Shown: positions 11,365 to 23,377 of the stretch, piece by piece
Position numbering within the stretch: the stretch's first letter is position 1
Layout: the number at the start of each line of letters is the position of its first letter
Assembly: GCF_006345805.1 (NCBI RefSeq)
Contig: NW_021831915.1
Location: 1-33,934 of the forward strand
From: Octopus sinensis
Lineage: Eukaryota
Length of the DNA: 33,934 nt
Direction of reading: 5' to 3'
Program-made: the position numbers and the translations under genes
Notes under the pieces: generated by a model
Seen by the model: only the letters and a program-made list of their open reading frames with translations
The model's database searches: none
Told to the model about the DNA's origin: nothing

Positions 11365-11545
11365 TAGACATGCCAGTGGCCCCTCAGACAGCCATAGTTA
11401 CCAGCCATGCTAACGATACAAAATTATCAGAGGCAATAAAATAATCAAAGATGACATCGCAAGATTACAGCTGGGGCAAACGACTGAGAAAAGCGGCAAG
11501 ACCATGGTGGTGCTCCAGCATGACCACAGCTACATGTGTAAAGAA
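11365..11545 (+). mobile_element. Internally deleted LINE (RT YADD-like motif joined to 3' tail)
   Basis: LDMPVAPQTAIVTSHANDTKLSEAIK resembles D.P......YADDTKL; ~100 bp later comes the GGTGGTGCTCCAGCATGACCACAG tail. Confidence 0.65.
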
Positions 11546-11645
11546 ATGTGTAAAAGAATTATATGTCTGTGCGTGTGTGTATTATGAAACCGTATTAAAA
11601 CTTTCCTGAGTCATTGACTCACACAGCACAAATTATCGACTCATA

Positions 11646-11845
11646 AGGCCGGTTTCCCTTATTCTGTCATGTATATATTTCCCCCAATGAAGAGGAAGGT
11701 GGGCCATCGTTGGATTCCTTGTTTTTACTAGCCGAATAAATTGGGGGAAGTGGAATGAAGAGTGTTGCTCAAGAAAACAATCTATCACCCAATCCAGGAA
11801 TTGAAACCTTAATCTTAGTATCATGAGTGCAACACACTAAAAATG
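11646..11845 (-). mobile_element. SINE family B fragment
   Basis: GAAGAGTGTTGCTCAAGAAAAC..CAATCCAGGAATTGAAACC..TCATGAGTGCAACACACTAA. Confidence 0.75.
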
Positions 11846-12033
11846 TGCATCCACACACTCACACAGACACACATACACAAACACACATGTACAGGGGTAT
11901 AAATATACACTAGTATACACCCTTATATATACATATATAATTATACATATATATATACAAATAAATACATACACACACAGTTACAGTAAATATATATATG
12001 CATATACATACATATATATATACACACACACAC

Positions 12034-12079
<46 letters not shown>

Positions 12080-12536
12080 GCACAGTAATACTTTTCAAGT
12101 TAAAATTTTCCCACGTTATTTGTTGATACTCCAACAAAAGCTTTCTAAGAAAGTGTTTTATGAGAATGCTTATCCAAGTGTAATTAACAACAATTAATAA
12201 TTTTGACTTCGCATTCGTCATACCTATTTGAGTTTTGGCATTTCTAAACATAGACACTCATACACCCATTTATATACACTCACACAGATGCCTGCACATG
12301 CACACACATATCAATAAATATATATATATATATATATATATATCATCATCATAATCATCATCATTTAGCTTCCGCTTTCCATGCTGGCATGGGTTGGACG
12401 GTTACGCATACATATACACACATACACATACACATATGCATACATGCACACACACTCACATACATTCATTGATTCTATGCCTTTGGCTGATCAGAAAATT
12501 GTGATCCTTTTGTTCGAAGAAAATTGAAGAAAACCC

Positions 12537-12592
<56 letters not shown>

Positions 12593-12622
12593 CATATATA
12601 TATACACACATATATATATATT

Positions 12623-12656
<34 letters not shown>

Positions 12657-12662
12657 CATATA

Positions 12663-12697
<35 letters not shown>

Positions 12698-12761
12698 GTA
12701 TATGGATATATATATACATACATGTATATATATACATACATATATATATATATATATATAA

Positions 12762-12800
<39 letters not shown>

Positions 12801-12810
12801 CATATATATA

Positions 12811-13000
12811 TCTTTTATTATTAACTTGTTTTAATCATTTGTCTGTGGCCATGCTGGAGCACCGCGTTTAGTAAGACTAGTGCTTATTCTATCGGTCTCT
12901 TTTGCCAAACCGCTAGGTTACGGCGATGTAAACACACCAGATTCGGTTGTCAAACGATGTTGGTGGTGACACAGACACACAAATATACACACACACACAT

Positions 13001-13088
<88 letters not shown>

Positions 13089-13253
13089 TATGACGGGTTT
13101 CTTTCAGTTTCCTTCTACAAAATTGACTCACAAGCTTTTTGTCGGCCCGGGGCTATAGTAGAGGACACTTGCCCAAGGTGCCACGCAGTGGGACTGAACC
13201 CGGAACCATGTGGTTGGTAAGTACGCTACTTACCACACAGCCACTCTTGTGCC
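12811..13253 (-). mobile_element. SINE family A with expanded internal (TA)n
   Basis: GGCCATGCTGGAGCACCGC ... GTGGGACTGAACCCGGAACCATGTGGTTGGTAAG..CACACAGCCAC. Confidence 0.9.
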
Positions 13254-13302
13254 TATAAAGTGAAAAGACACACGAAATACCATTAAACATTTTGGCCGGC
13301 AT

Positions 13303-13465
13303 GCAAACGATTCTGCCAGCTCCGAGGTCGACTTTGTTCATTCATGCATTCGGGGTCGATAAATTAAGTACCAGTATCGCACTGGGGTCGATGTAATCGA
13401 CTTAATCCCTTTGTCTGTCCTTGTTTGTCCCCTCTATGTTTAGCCCCTAGTGGGCAATAAAGAAA
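13303..13465 (+). mobile_element. SINE family D (3' part)
   Basis: GAGGTCGACTTTG..GGGGTCGATAAATTAAGTACCAGT..ACTGGGGTCGATGTAATCGAC..AATAAAGAAAT; antisense relatives at 14665-14790 and 15122-15330. Confidence 0.75.
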
Positions 13466-13480
13466 TGTATATATATATAC

Positions 13481-13528
<48 letters not shown>

Positions 13529-13580
13529 CAAGATAAGAAAACGGAGAAATACGTGTGTGTGTGTGTGTATGTATGTATAT

Positions 13581-13778
13581 CAGTAGTTCCCAATGCTTCT
13601 GCACTTGCGACCCCTTACCCAAAAGTTTGAAGCCCATGTGACCCACGACTATCAACAGCTTGATTTACATTTTAATTAATTAACACTATCCCAAGCCACT
13701 TCCAGCAAGGCTACGTGACCCTGATTCCAAGGTTTGACGACCCCTCTGCGGTCGGCAAAGACGGGTTGGGAACCCCTG
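13581..13778. mobile_element. 198-bp hAT-type MITE
   Basis: Ends CAGTAGTTCCCAA / TTGGGAACCCCTG (hAT-like CAGGGGTTCCCAA). Flanks ATGTATAT / ATATATAT fit an 8-bp TSD with one mismatch. Confidence 0.75.
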
Positions 13779-13817
13779 ATATATATATATAATATATATA
13801 TATATTATTATATATAT

Positions 13818-13881
<64 letters not shown>

Positions 13882-13896
13882 ATTATTGTATATATG

Positions 13897-13931
<35 letters not shown>

Positions 13932-14013
13932 GTATGTATATATATATATACAGAGAGAGAGAGAGAGAGACAGAAGAGAGACAGAGAGAGAGATGAGAGA
14001 GAGAGAGATGATG

Positions 14014-14068
<55 letters not shown>
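13779..14068. repeat. Compound (TA)n-(GA)n-(GATA)n microsatellite
   Basis: Read directly. Confidence 0.95.
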
Positions 14069-14069
<1 letters not shown>

Positions 14070-14390
14070 TATTACCTTTGAAACACGCATTGAGTCGAAC
14101 CAGGGGCAGCTGATGAAGTGGAATTTTCCTTGTATTGTTTGTCCTGTACTCTGTTTTTTCGTTGTTAAAAAAAGTCTGTTTCCTTATTTGATTTTATGTT
14201 TTCGTTTCTCGTTGTGTTCTATGTTTATTTGTGGTGTCCTGTACTCATATATATCTATATATGCTTGTATATATACATGTAGATGTAAGTACGTACATAT
14301 ATGTACGTATATATGCATATATTTTAATTATTTATTCTATTGTTATTATATGACCGAACGCACGCGTCGTTTCTCTTCTCCAAGTAAGTT

Positions 14391-14455
<65 letters not shown>

Positions 14456-14664
14456 GCATGCACACATACATATACATGCATGCAGATATGTATACAAAAA
14501 ACCCCCAAAATACTGATAAAGTGTTTGTGAAACCGTTGTGCAATTATGCAAGAGAAACCAGTTGCTCCTTCCATCCTCTTCGTTAATTGGAATATAAACT
14601 CTTCCGATATTTACGTTTGTTCAAAGATATCATCATCGAAGCAATCCCTTTTCGCTGTGTAACA

Positions 14665-14790
14665 ACCCTTTCCACTGTTTGCCCAAAGCTTGAAATTTTG
14701 GTGGAGGGAATTGATTGATTACACTGATCCCCAGTGTTTCACTGGTACTTTATTTATCGATCCCCAAAGGATGAAAGCAAAATTGACCTT
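14665..14790 (-). mobile_element. SINE family D fragment
   Basis: GATCCCCAGTG..ACTGGTACTTTATTTATCGATCCCCAAAGGATGAAAGCAAAATTGACCT. Confidence 0.65.
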
Positions 14791-14960
14791 TTTTTTCACT
14801 TTTTAAACTTTATGGGTTTCTACTTGGATAGAATTACTGTAGCGTTAATAAGTTCACATAAAGAAATCTATGATTTAAACGGATTATTAAGATATATCCG
14901 AGCGAATCTCTGTCAACTTCTCACTTGGAATCTTTCAGTGTCCGAGTTGCAATTAGTGCC

Positions 14961-14995
<35 letters not shown>

Positions 14996-15121
14996 TCTCT
15001 CACTCACTCACTCTCTCTCTCACTTTCTCTCCCTCTCTCTCATTTTCGCTCAGTTTAGAGATGTTCCCCTTTACCTCATATATTTATTCAGTTATCCGAT
15101 TGAGCAAAACAGAACAATAAT

Positions 15122-15330
15122 AATGATTTCTAGGATAGGTACAAGGCCTGAAATTTTGGTTTAGGGGTCTAGTTGGTATCATCGATCCCAATACTTGACT
15201 GGTTATTATTTTGTCGAACCAGAAAGGAGGAAAGGCAAAGTTGACCTCGGCGGGATTTGAACTCAGAACGTAGAGATTCACTACATGTTGCTATGCAGTT
15301 TACATGGCGTGCTAATGATTCTGCTAACTC
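15122..15330 (-). mobile_element. SINE family D including tRNA-like head
   Basis: AAAGGCAAAGTTGACCTCGGCGGGATTTGAACTCAGAACG (antisense B box GAGTTCAAATCC). Confidence 0.72.
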
Positions 15331-15344
15331 CCTGACGATGTCCT

Positions 15345-15790
15345 CCTTTTCCTAGAGAATCAAATCCCATTTGCTCGCCACAAATCCTCTGTCAAAATCC
15401 AATATAGAACTTCCAACAGCTACATTATCCCACCGGTAGAGGATCGCCAGGGCTCGACGATATTCCAGCTGTTTCGGCCTCCGATTGAGAGAAACTGGGT
15501 GGAAACAGCGACCACACATGTTGACCGTCAAGGAATCGATGGAGAGAAGTTGCAGCCTCAGTGCATACCTGCGTGTAATCAGCTACAGCATGTCCAGTCG
15601 TTCGTTGAGCAGGTGTTGACAGCAAATGCAGCGCTTGGCCAGTGGAATGCATCCGTCGCACAGAGAGCGGAATGGCAAGCGTTCCAGGTCGGTTAGACTT
15701 GAAATGAGGCGAGGCACAACGGTCAGGCAGTAATATATGATGGAGCTAATGTAAGTGTTCGCCAAATCCGCCTGACCACTGAAGGATTAT
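15345..15790 (-). mobile_element. Tx1/L1-clade LINE ORF2 fragment (downstream of RT)
   Basis: IYYCLTVVPRLISSLTDLERLPFRSLCDGCIPLAKRCICCQHLLNERLDML*LITRRYALRLQ resembles the Y...V.P......L.R..F.FLW.G....V.R..C......GGLG...L.....ALRL pattern; contains stops. Confidence 0.7.
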
Positions 15791-16009
15791 TTTTTTTTCT
15801 CAGCCTTTTTACTAGACTTCAACGCACTTGGCTACTGTTTCTAGCGCGGGCAGGTAGGAACCGATGGAGGGTACACGCGTCCTTGTTTCCCGGCCCTCAA
15901 CATTTAGGATAGGAATAAACAAAAGAAGCTCCGGAATAACATATTTGTTAAGAAATGGAAAGACAGTTTGTTTCATATGAGAAACAATGCAATTCTGTGG
16001 GTATTTAGT

Positions 16010-16450
16010 TGTTGTTTCTAGCATGATGTGAGTCTACTTATAGGATAATATTTTATAATTATTCTAAAAGTGTCCTTCATATTATACACATAACACTACA
16101 CGGAAATTGAAAGGTTCTTGTTTGTTATGTCTACCATGATGTGAGACCCCACCTGTAGTACAATATTCTTACAGATGCTTCGTCCTCAAGTGTCCTTCAA
16201 TTTTTATACACATCACATCACAGATTTAAGGCCATGTGGTTGCTATTTCTCGCAATATGTGGGACCATATATTTTAGAAATGGTTAAGTGTCCTATTTTC
16301 ATACGAGAAATCGAAACCAATTTGAAGGCTCTTGCTTAATGTAGTCTAGCATGAAGAATGACCATATATGGCACAAATTCTTAAGGTGTCCTTCCAATTT
16401 GTATAAAAATAAACGCAAATTTTAGGGTAGTTGACTGTTATTCCTAACGT
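16010..16450 (+). repeat. Degenerate ~100-120-bp tandem repeat (4-5 units)
   Basis: Each unit has a (G)YTRTTTCTAGCATG-like core, GACC and AAGTGTCCTT; cores near 16012, 16123, 16241, 16340, 16435. Confidence 0.7.
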
Positions 16451-17035
16451 GACGCAAAATCACATGTCGTGAATTTCTTTCCGTAAATCTTTCTTAAATT
16501 CTTGTTCAATACCCACAGTATTTAATTATATGAATTATGAACTACAAAATTAATTAATTTTCTTTCGAATCCAAATTTATAACTGTTTGAAGGGAGGTAA
16601 TTCTATACCTTTCGAAGATAGTTGTAGCCTCCCTTGGAACTACGAGATTTTTGACTGGGCGGTAGGGGCTGCTTTGTGTGTGTGTGTGTGTGTAACATTC
16701 GTGGTGGGAGGGAAGAAGAGAGGGAAAAGAAAAATATGTCAGAGAGGGATAGCGAGAGGGGGAGGGACATAAAATGAAAGAAAAATGTTTAGTAAAAGAG
16801 AGAGAAAAGCTGAGAGAGAGAGAGAGAGAGAGAGAGCTAATGATAAAGAGAGTGAGAAAAAGCAAGAGAGGTGGAGTAAAGTCGGGAGGAGAGAGAGAGA
16901 GAGAGAGATTATGTGTGTTGCCATCTAAATATTGCATAAGGGGAAGAACAACACAAATTTGTGACGACTTAGCTGTTATTTCCAGCATTATATGAAACCA
17001 TATATGAAAAAAGTATTTTTATGGAATGCCTTTTA

Positions 17036-17665
17036 CGGGGGTCGGCTGAAAGGTCCATAGGCTGACCAAGATTCTCTCACGGAAGGTGACCAAATGGGGT
17101 TTATTTTCCGATATAGTCCCCCCTTGAGGTCCCCACATTTCTTCTAAACAAAACTAGAACAAAGATCACTTTTCTCTCTGACTCCCTTCTTCCTTTCTTT
17201 ATCCTTTTTTTTTCTCTTTTCTTTCTCTCTCTTACCTTCTCTCATCCCTTTGGTGTTGCAGTGCTTGGCTCCGTTTGCTGAAGAAGCGCTCATCCTGTTG
17301 AGCAACAACAACAAAAAAAGGCATCGACAGAAGATATGACATCATCATCACTGCGATACTGGTTCCCAGCCAAATGTTACTATGGGGCCAAATCCGGAGA
17401 ATAGGGAGGGCGATTAACCTGTTCAAAGCCACAGTCACGCTCGGCAACCACTGAAACGAAGGACTTGTGTGCTGGAGCATTGTCTTGATGAAACAATTCC
17501 CCATTCTTCAGTTTTCCTTGGCGTTTGGTCTTGAGAGCATTCCACAACTGCCTCAGGAAGTTGGCAAAGCACTCTCCATTGGTGGTTTTTGGCCCTTATT
17601 CCTCCGCCACCTTCTTTTAAAATCATAAAATGGCATCTGGAAATTGGTCCCTTGGAAAAACTACA
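17036..17665 (-). mobile_element. Mariner transposon 3' half with terminal repeat
   Basis: Minus strand TTNGECFANFLRQLWNALKTKRQGKLKNGELFHQDNAPAHKS..CGFEQVNRPPYSPDLAP*, then ..SDDDVISSVDAFF..ALQH and KKCGDLKGDYIGK*; terminus TA|CGGGGGTCGGCTGAAAGG at 17034. Confidence 0.9.
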
Positions 17666-17828
17666 AACAGCAAACCATCCCGAAATATTAAAATGAAATC
17701 CATCTTACAGAAAAAAACTAAACAAAACAAGAAAAAAGATCGCTTGTCTCTCTATCTCCCTTCTTCCTTTCTTTATCCCTTTTTTCTCTTTTCTCTTCTT
17801 TCTCTCATCGCATCTTTTCTCTTTTTCT

Positions 17829-17832
<4 letters not shown>

Positions 17833-17906
<74 letters not shown>
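17833..17906. repeat. (CA)n microsatellite
   Basis: Pure CA run. Confidence 0.97.
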
Positions 17907-17909
<3 letters not shown>

Positions 17910-18292
17910 TAACAAAGCAAAACAGATTTCAACAAAAGACAAAGTTTCCTGTAAAACTCAAATCTGACAACTTCCAATGAATGAGATGAAAACACTTATA
18001 ACGAATTATCCAAAATTCTCACAAACTCCTTTCTTTAAAGCATAAAATCTGTACATCACTACAAATAGTCTATCTATTTATCTATCGATGTATCTATCTG
18101 TCTATCTACCTATCGATATATCTATCTGTCTCTCTCTCTATCCATCTATCTGTGTGTGTGTGTGTGTGTGTATATATGCTGTCTTGACCGAGCTAATTTT
18201 CTGTTAATGGTATATGAATGGTTATCTCCCTTTAGTTGAATGTCTCTGCGTTAATCCATCCGTGTGTGTAGTTAGGTGGGTAGGTATGTGTA

Positions 18293-18450
18293 TACAGGGG
18301 TTGATGAAAAGTACCCGGCATGACCACTGCTGCAGAGGACTGGCTAGAGACCGAACCAGCTGTGTTCTTTTTCCCAGGGCTTAGAAAAACTGAAGGGCCA
18401 CTGCAACAAGTGTGTGAATGTGAGAGGGGAGAATATGTTGAATAGAATGC
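18293..18450 (+). mobile_element. Mariner deletion derivative (terminus joined to transposase C-terminus)
   Basis: TACAGGGGTTGATGAAAAGTACCCGG, then WLETEPAVFFSQGLEKLKGHCNKCVNVRG..EYVE* (mariner G..KL..RW.KCV...G.YVE). Confidence 0.72.
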
Positions 18451-18574
18451 TAATGAAGTGATTCGTCTCTATTTTGTTTTACCTGAAGCCAGAAACATTT
18501 CAATACTCCCTCGTCTGTAGACACACATACACACGCATGCACACATACACAAACGCATACATATACACGCACAT

Positions 18575-20085
18575 GACAGGTGGACCCTTTCAGGCTGACC
18601 CGAACAGTGTTGGGACATGGGAGGACCAAATCAGGGAAATGGACCAGCTCCAGAGAAGAGGCAGAACCTTTTCTGGGTGGAGGGGGAGAGATCTACAACC
18701 ATAACCTCAGAAATCAAGCTCCTAATGTTAACCCAAAAGTCTGTAGAGCTGAAATACCAGGAAATGAGTTCAACGTCAGTTGTCCATTCTGGAAAGAAGT
18801 GGGACGAGTGGTTGTGAAAGGGGCCAGATCAGGATCAGCTCCTGTCCAAGTGGTGTACCTTATAAAGTATACAAGAAATGCCCATGGCTCCTTCAGAGGC
18901 TGTGGACACTATTCTGAAAGATCTGGACAAATGGTATCATTCCACCGAAAGGAAGTTTTGTGCTGCCAAAGGAAGAAAACTCATCAGCCATTAACAAATT
19001 CAGGACCATTCTCCTTCCTGAGTGTTGAGGGAAAAACCTTCTGTACTGACCAAAAAAGGGTGACCTCATACAATGAGTATATAAACACCTCTATCCAGAA
19101 AGGTAGGGGTCTCAGGTTTCTCGGGCTGTCTGGAACACAACCAGCTGATTCGGGAGGCCAAAAGAAGTAAAGGTGACATGACAGTGGTTTGGCTGGATCT
19201 GGAAAATGCATGTGGATCAATTCCTCACAGCCTCATCTATGCAGCCCTTGACTGTTACCATATTCCTCACCTGTTGAGGGAATAATCAGCAATCACTTTG
19301 GAGACATCAAGTTATGTTTCAGAACAGCCCACTTCACAAGTCAGTGGCAAGACCTTGAGAAAGGAATCATAACTGGTTGCACAATCTCCCTCATTCTTTT
19401 CATCATGGCTGTGAATCTCCTGGTGTCAGCTGCTGAAAATGAAGGCCAAGGACCAACAATGGAATCAGGCAGCTGTCAGCAGCCAATAAGGGGTTTCATG
19501 GATGATATCACGGTAACAACTACAACCCATGTGGAGGCAGAAATGGTGCTGACCTCATTTGAACACATGGTAATATTCGTTGGAAAGAAGTTTAAGCCTC
19601 CCAAATATAGGGGTATGGTAACCAGAGGAGGTAAAGTAACAAACAAAATTAAGCTACAAGTGCAAGGAGAAGCCATACCATCAACAGAGGAAAATCTGAT
19701 TAAATGTCTTGGAAAGATGTTTTAGAAGTCGCTCTGCCAGAAGCAATGTCACCATTTCTGTGAAGCAAGCAGAAGAGTGGCTGAGGAGGACTGAAAGATC
19801 AGGGTTTCCAGAAAAATACAGGGCATGGCTCTACCGACATGGACTAGGGTGGAAAGGAAGGTAAATAAATACCTCCAAAGATGGCAAGACGTTCCCTCAA
19901 GCTTCACTTCAATAGGTCTGTACATAAGATCTGAACAATCACAACTTCCCCTGTCATCTGTTGCGGAGGAATTCAAAGTAGTAAAATGTCATGTTGTAAT
20001 GATGTTCAGGGAGTTGAAGAATGAGCTTGTCAGACATGCAAATATTACGACAAGATCTGGGTGAAAGTGGGTAGCTAGCACTATG
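18575..20085 (+). mobile_element. Decayed Hero/NeSL/R2-group non-LTR retrotransposon RT region
   Basis: Across frames: EFNVSCPFWKEV..VVKGARSGSAP, LLSVEGK, YINTSIQKG..GFSGCLEH, VWLDLENA.GSIPH, EKGIITGCTISLILF, IRGFMDDITVTT, KFKP.K, IKCLGK, LPLSSVAEEFKV, TTRSG*KW; several stops and frameshifts. Confidence 0.85.
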
Positions 20086-20372
20086 AAATCTGGCAGTATG
20101 TATAATACTACTGCTGGGTGGCACTGGGTAAAATCTGAAAGTGGATGAGCTTCATACTGTTCTCTACTACGTCCCTAACAGAATATACCATAACTAAAGA
20201 TATATATATATATATATATACACACATTATTTACAATGCCCGATAGAGCTCCTACAGAAAATTTGTCTCTTAGGGAGAGCAAGGATTATCAGGAGGGTCC
20301 CAAACTCTTGAAAGACTGCTGAAAACTTGAGGATACCTAAGGTCACAGGTAGTAACCATAGTAACCATAGCA

Positions 20373-21428
20373 TATCATAAAAACCCATGTAATTTATGCA
20401 CTTTTTTTCTCGCAAAAATGAAAATAAATTTTAGGGGCTGCATGAATTACATGAGTAGATTGTTTCCAGGATTTATTTTGAAATTTCTTTTATTGGAAAA
20501 AGATGTACGAAACGTAAACATTTGTTCCGGAAGTTGACTCATTTAATGTCAGAATAGTTTTTTACAGAGAAAATAATGGCTTAAATACGCATAATGAAGT
20601 TGACTTCTGTTTATGCTGGACGGTGGTAGTATAATGCTACTTTTTCTGTATAAATTTACTAAAACCATTAAATGGTTAACTAGTTTTTGAAGTCTGACGT
20701 TCATGCTGGTAAACACGGTCCGGGCCATATTTTACATTGCTTGGAGCTTCTATCTATCGCAATGGAGCACATATTTATTTTCTCCTTCACAGCAAACGAT
20801 TCATAAGTTCTGCCCATACTGACAATAAAAGTAATGACAAATGTTTAAGTTTGCTTGACATTTTATAAGTGTGAAAGGGATTAAAATTTCGATCCTCCAT
20901 ATCAAAGGTTCTGACCAGACTCTGCAGAAAAGAATTCTGTTTCCATCATCAGTTTGATTGGTCACCTTCCTTTGTCGGTTGAGTAAAGTGTCATCCAAGC
21001 TGATGTTTATTGCTAATTAAACTTAATTTGCAACACTTTATCCGCTTTGTTTTTGTTGATAATTCTTATCAAAAACTTTTCCTGTGATCCTGATTTGAGA
21101 AGACATACAAAAGTATGCTAAAGATCGGACATAATCTCTCGTGGCCAAGAAATGTAAAATAAAGTTTATTATAAACAACAGAAATACTTTGTAATTTAAC
21201 AGATTTCAATGTGATACCTGTTAATTAGAAATTATTTTTATTTAAAGAAAATTTAATAAAATCTAATCATAAGTGAAATTATGCTAAATACAACTAAATT
21301 GAAAACCTTTTACCCCTGGCCATATTGGTAATTCTGAAAACTTTTGGGTGCTTTTTTTAACAATTTTTATCCTGGAAATCACCTGCATAAATTACACAGG
21401 TGCGCAAATTACATGGGTTTTTACGGTA
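20373..21428. mobile_element. ~1.06-kb non-autonomous TA-flanked TIR element
   Basis: Left TATCATAAAAACCCATGTAATTTATGCAC and right (revcomp) TACCGTAAAAAACCCATGTAATTTGCGCAC; no recognisable ORF. Confidence 0.8.
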
Positions 21429-21503
21429 ATAATTTTACCTTGTCCTTACCCTTAGTGCTGAAGAGTGCAGTTCATTTTTAACAGCTATTTTTTCAAAGTT
21501 ATA

Positions 21504-21987
21504 ATGGAAGTGACAAAGGAGCATATTCGGCATATTTTGTTTTATGAGTTCAATCAAGGCAACAACACAACGGAAAATGCGAGGGATATTAATGCAGTGT
21601 ATGGGGATTGGACAATAAGTGTAAGCCAGTGTCAACGGTGGTTCCAAAAATTCCAAGTCAGAAACTATAGCCTAGAAGACGAGTTTTGTCCTGGAAGATC
21701 TGTAGAGCTTGATGAGGACATCCTGCAAACCCTAGTGGAACAAAATCCCATTGTAACTGTTGAGGAGCTAGCAGAAACTTGGATTTGGTTACTCAACCAT
21801 TCATCAACACCTGCGTGCCATTGAAAAAGTCAACAAATAGAGTCAATGGGTTCCTCACAAATTTTCCAAGTCTAATTGCACGCAGTGAGTGAATGTGTGC
21901 TCTTCTTTGCTGTCACATCTCACGAATAAACCATTTTTGGACTGAATAGTGACTGGAGATGAGAAATGGGTTCTCTATAAAAATGTC
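21504..21987 (+). pseudogene. Mariner transposase 5' half (HTH and first catalytic Asp)
   Basis: MEVTKEHIRHILFYEFNQG..ARDINAVYG..SQCQRWFQKF..SLEDE..PGR..; after a frameshift WVPH..L..IVTGDEKWVLYKN, as in Mos1/Hsmar-type transposases. Confidence 0.92.
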
Positions 21988-22149
21988 TATAAAATAATGC
22001 CAAATCTGCGAAATCCATAGTTTACTGATTGGATCAACATATGATTTGATTCGATGTTCTACATGTAAAAATGACACAAAAATAATTTAAGAATAAACCA
22101 GCTTTATTTAGATTTCATAACGTCTTCAGAGAGAAATGATGTAAAAAGT

Positions 22150-22950
22150 AAAGATTATAGGCCACACAGTGAAGAAGATAAGTGATTGAGAAGACAGAGG
22201 GACAGATTCGGAGATAGAAAGACAGACAGGCTCTGACATACAGACAGATGGCTACAGTAGACAGGAGAGGGACAACACAAGCGACATGATGTTGGAAAAT
22301 TGCAGGAACAGGTGGGGAAGAGTGGGGCAGGCATGATGGAATACATACAAGCGTAGTGAATAAAGGATTTTTATTAGAAACTAGAATGACCTGACATTTA
22401 TTGATGTAAATTATAGGCCACGCAGTCAAGACGATATATAATTGAGAAGGCAGAAAGACAGACAGACAGACACTGACAAATAGATTCTCAGATCGGACTG
22501 AGACAAACAGACTGAGGGAGAGATAGAGAAACTGAGAGGAGAGTAGTAAAGCTGTGACAGCTGAATTGAGAAGAGGAGGGAAGGATCATGAGGAATCTCA
22601 TGGAAAGAGATAAACATAGGGGTGATGAGGTGTTAGAGTTTGACCTTCAAAGTACAAGAATGAGTGGGGCAGAGGGAAGAAAAGTGTGGGACAGTTGGTG
22701 GAGGGGTGGGCGATTGTGGAAGGGTGAAGAGATGGCAAGTAGGCAACCTGCAATGATGCAAGACACATAGGGGAGTAGGAAGTGACTGAGAATTCAAAGC
22801 AGCAGAAGAGTAATGATGACACAGTAGACAGGAGAGGGACAACAGAAGCGACATGATGTTGGATAATTTACAGGAACAGGTGGGGAAGAAGAGGGGGAGG
22901 CATGATGGAATACATACAAGCGTAGTGAATAAAGGATTTTTATTAGAAAT
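22150..22950 (+). repeat. Purine-rich imperfect direct repeat (127-129-bp cores at 22254-22380 and 22821-22949)
   Basis: ACAGTAGACAGGAGAGGGACAAC..GAATACATACAAGCGTAGTGAATAAAGGATTTTTATTAGAAA occurs twice; ATTATAGGCCAC occurs near 22154 and 22411. Confidence 0.9.
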
Positions 22951-23377
22951 ACTACAGCAGTAAGTTACCACAATTATGTCGACACAGTAGTAGTTATATG
23001 TAAAATAATAGCATTATATTTTCTTTCCTTTGAGAATGCATTGATGATTATATAAGTTATCATAGAATGAACTGTGACAAACACTGCATCTTGGTTTTAC
23101 AGCACATGTATGGCATGCCCTGCCTATGGAATGTAAAAGGTGATTAAACAGCTGGCATCAGGAAAAGCATTTAGCTTTTAAAGATTATTTCAAAATGGGG
23201 AAACAAAATGAGATGAGTGATTAGGAAAGGTCGAGGGTAGATATTGCTTCAGCGAATAAAAAAATTGTCTTGAGAGGTTTATCATTGTGTGAGTTAACGA
23301 ATTTGGACCAATAATACAGTTGTACTTCCTAAGTGAATAGCTAAATGGGGAGATACATATCCAACACACTGATATAG

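Noticed and set aside
14072-14125. Possible hammerhead ribozyme (GAAAC 14080, GTC 14094, CTGATGA 14110), Penelope-like
   Set aside because: Core boxes are in a plausible permuted order, but stem I cannot form and stems II and III are mismatched. An Infernal hammerhead search would be decisive.
16010-16450. CRISPR-like repeat-spacer pattern
   Set aside because: Units are degenerate along their whole length, there are no identical repeats or cas genes, and the context is eukaryotic.
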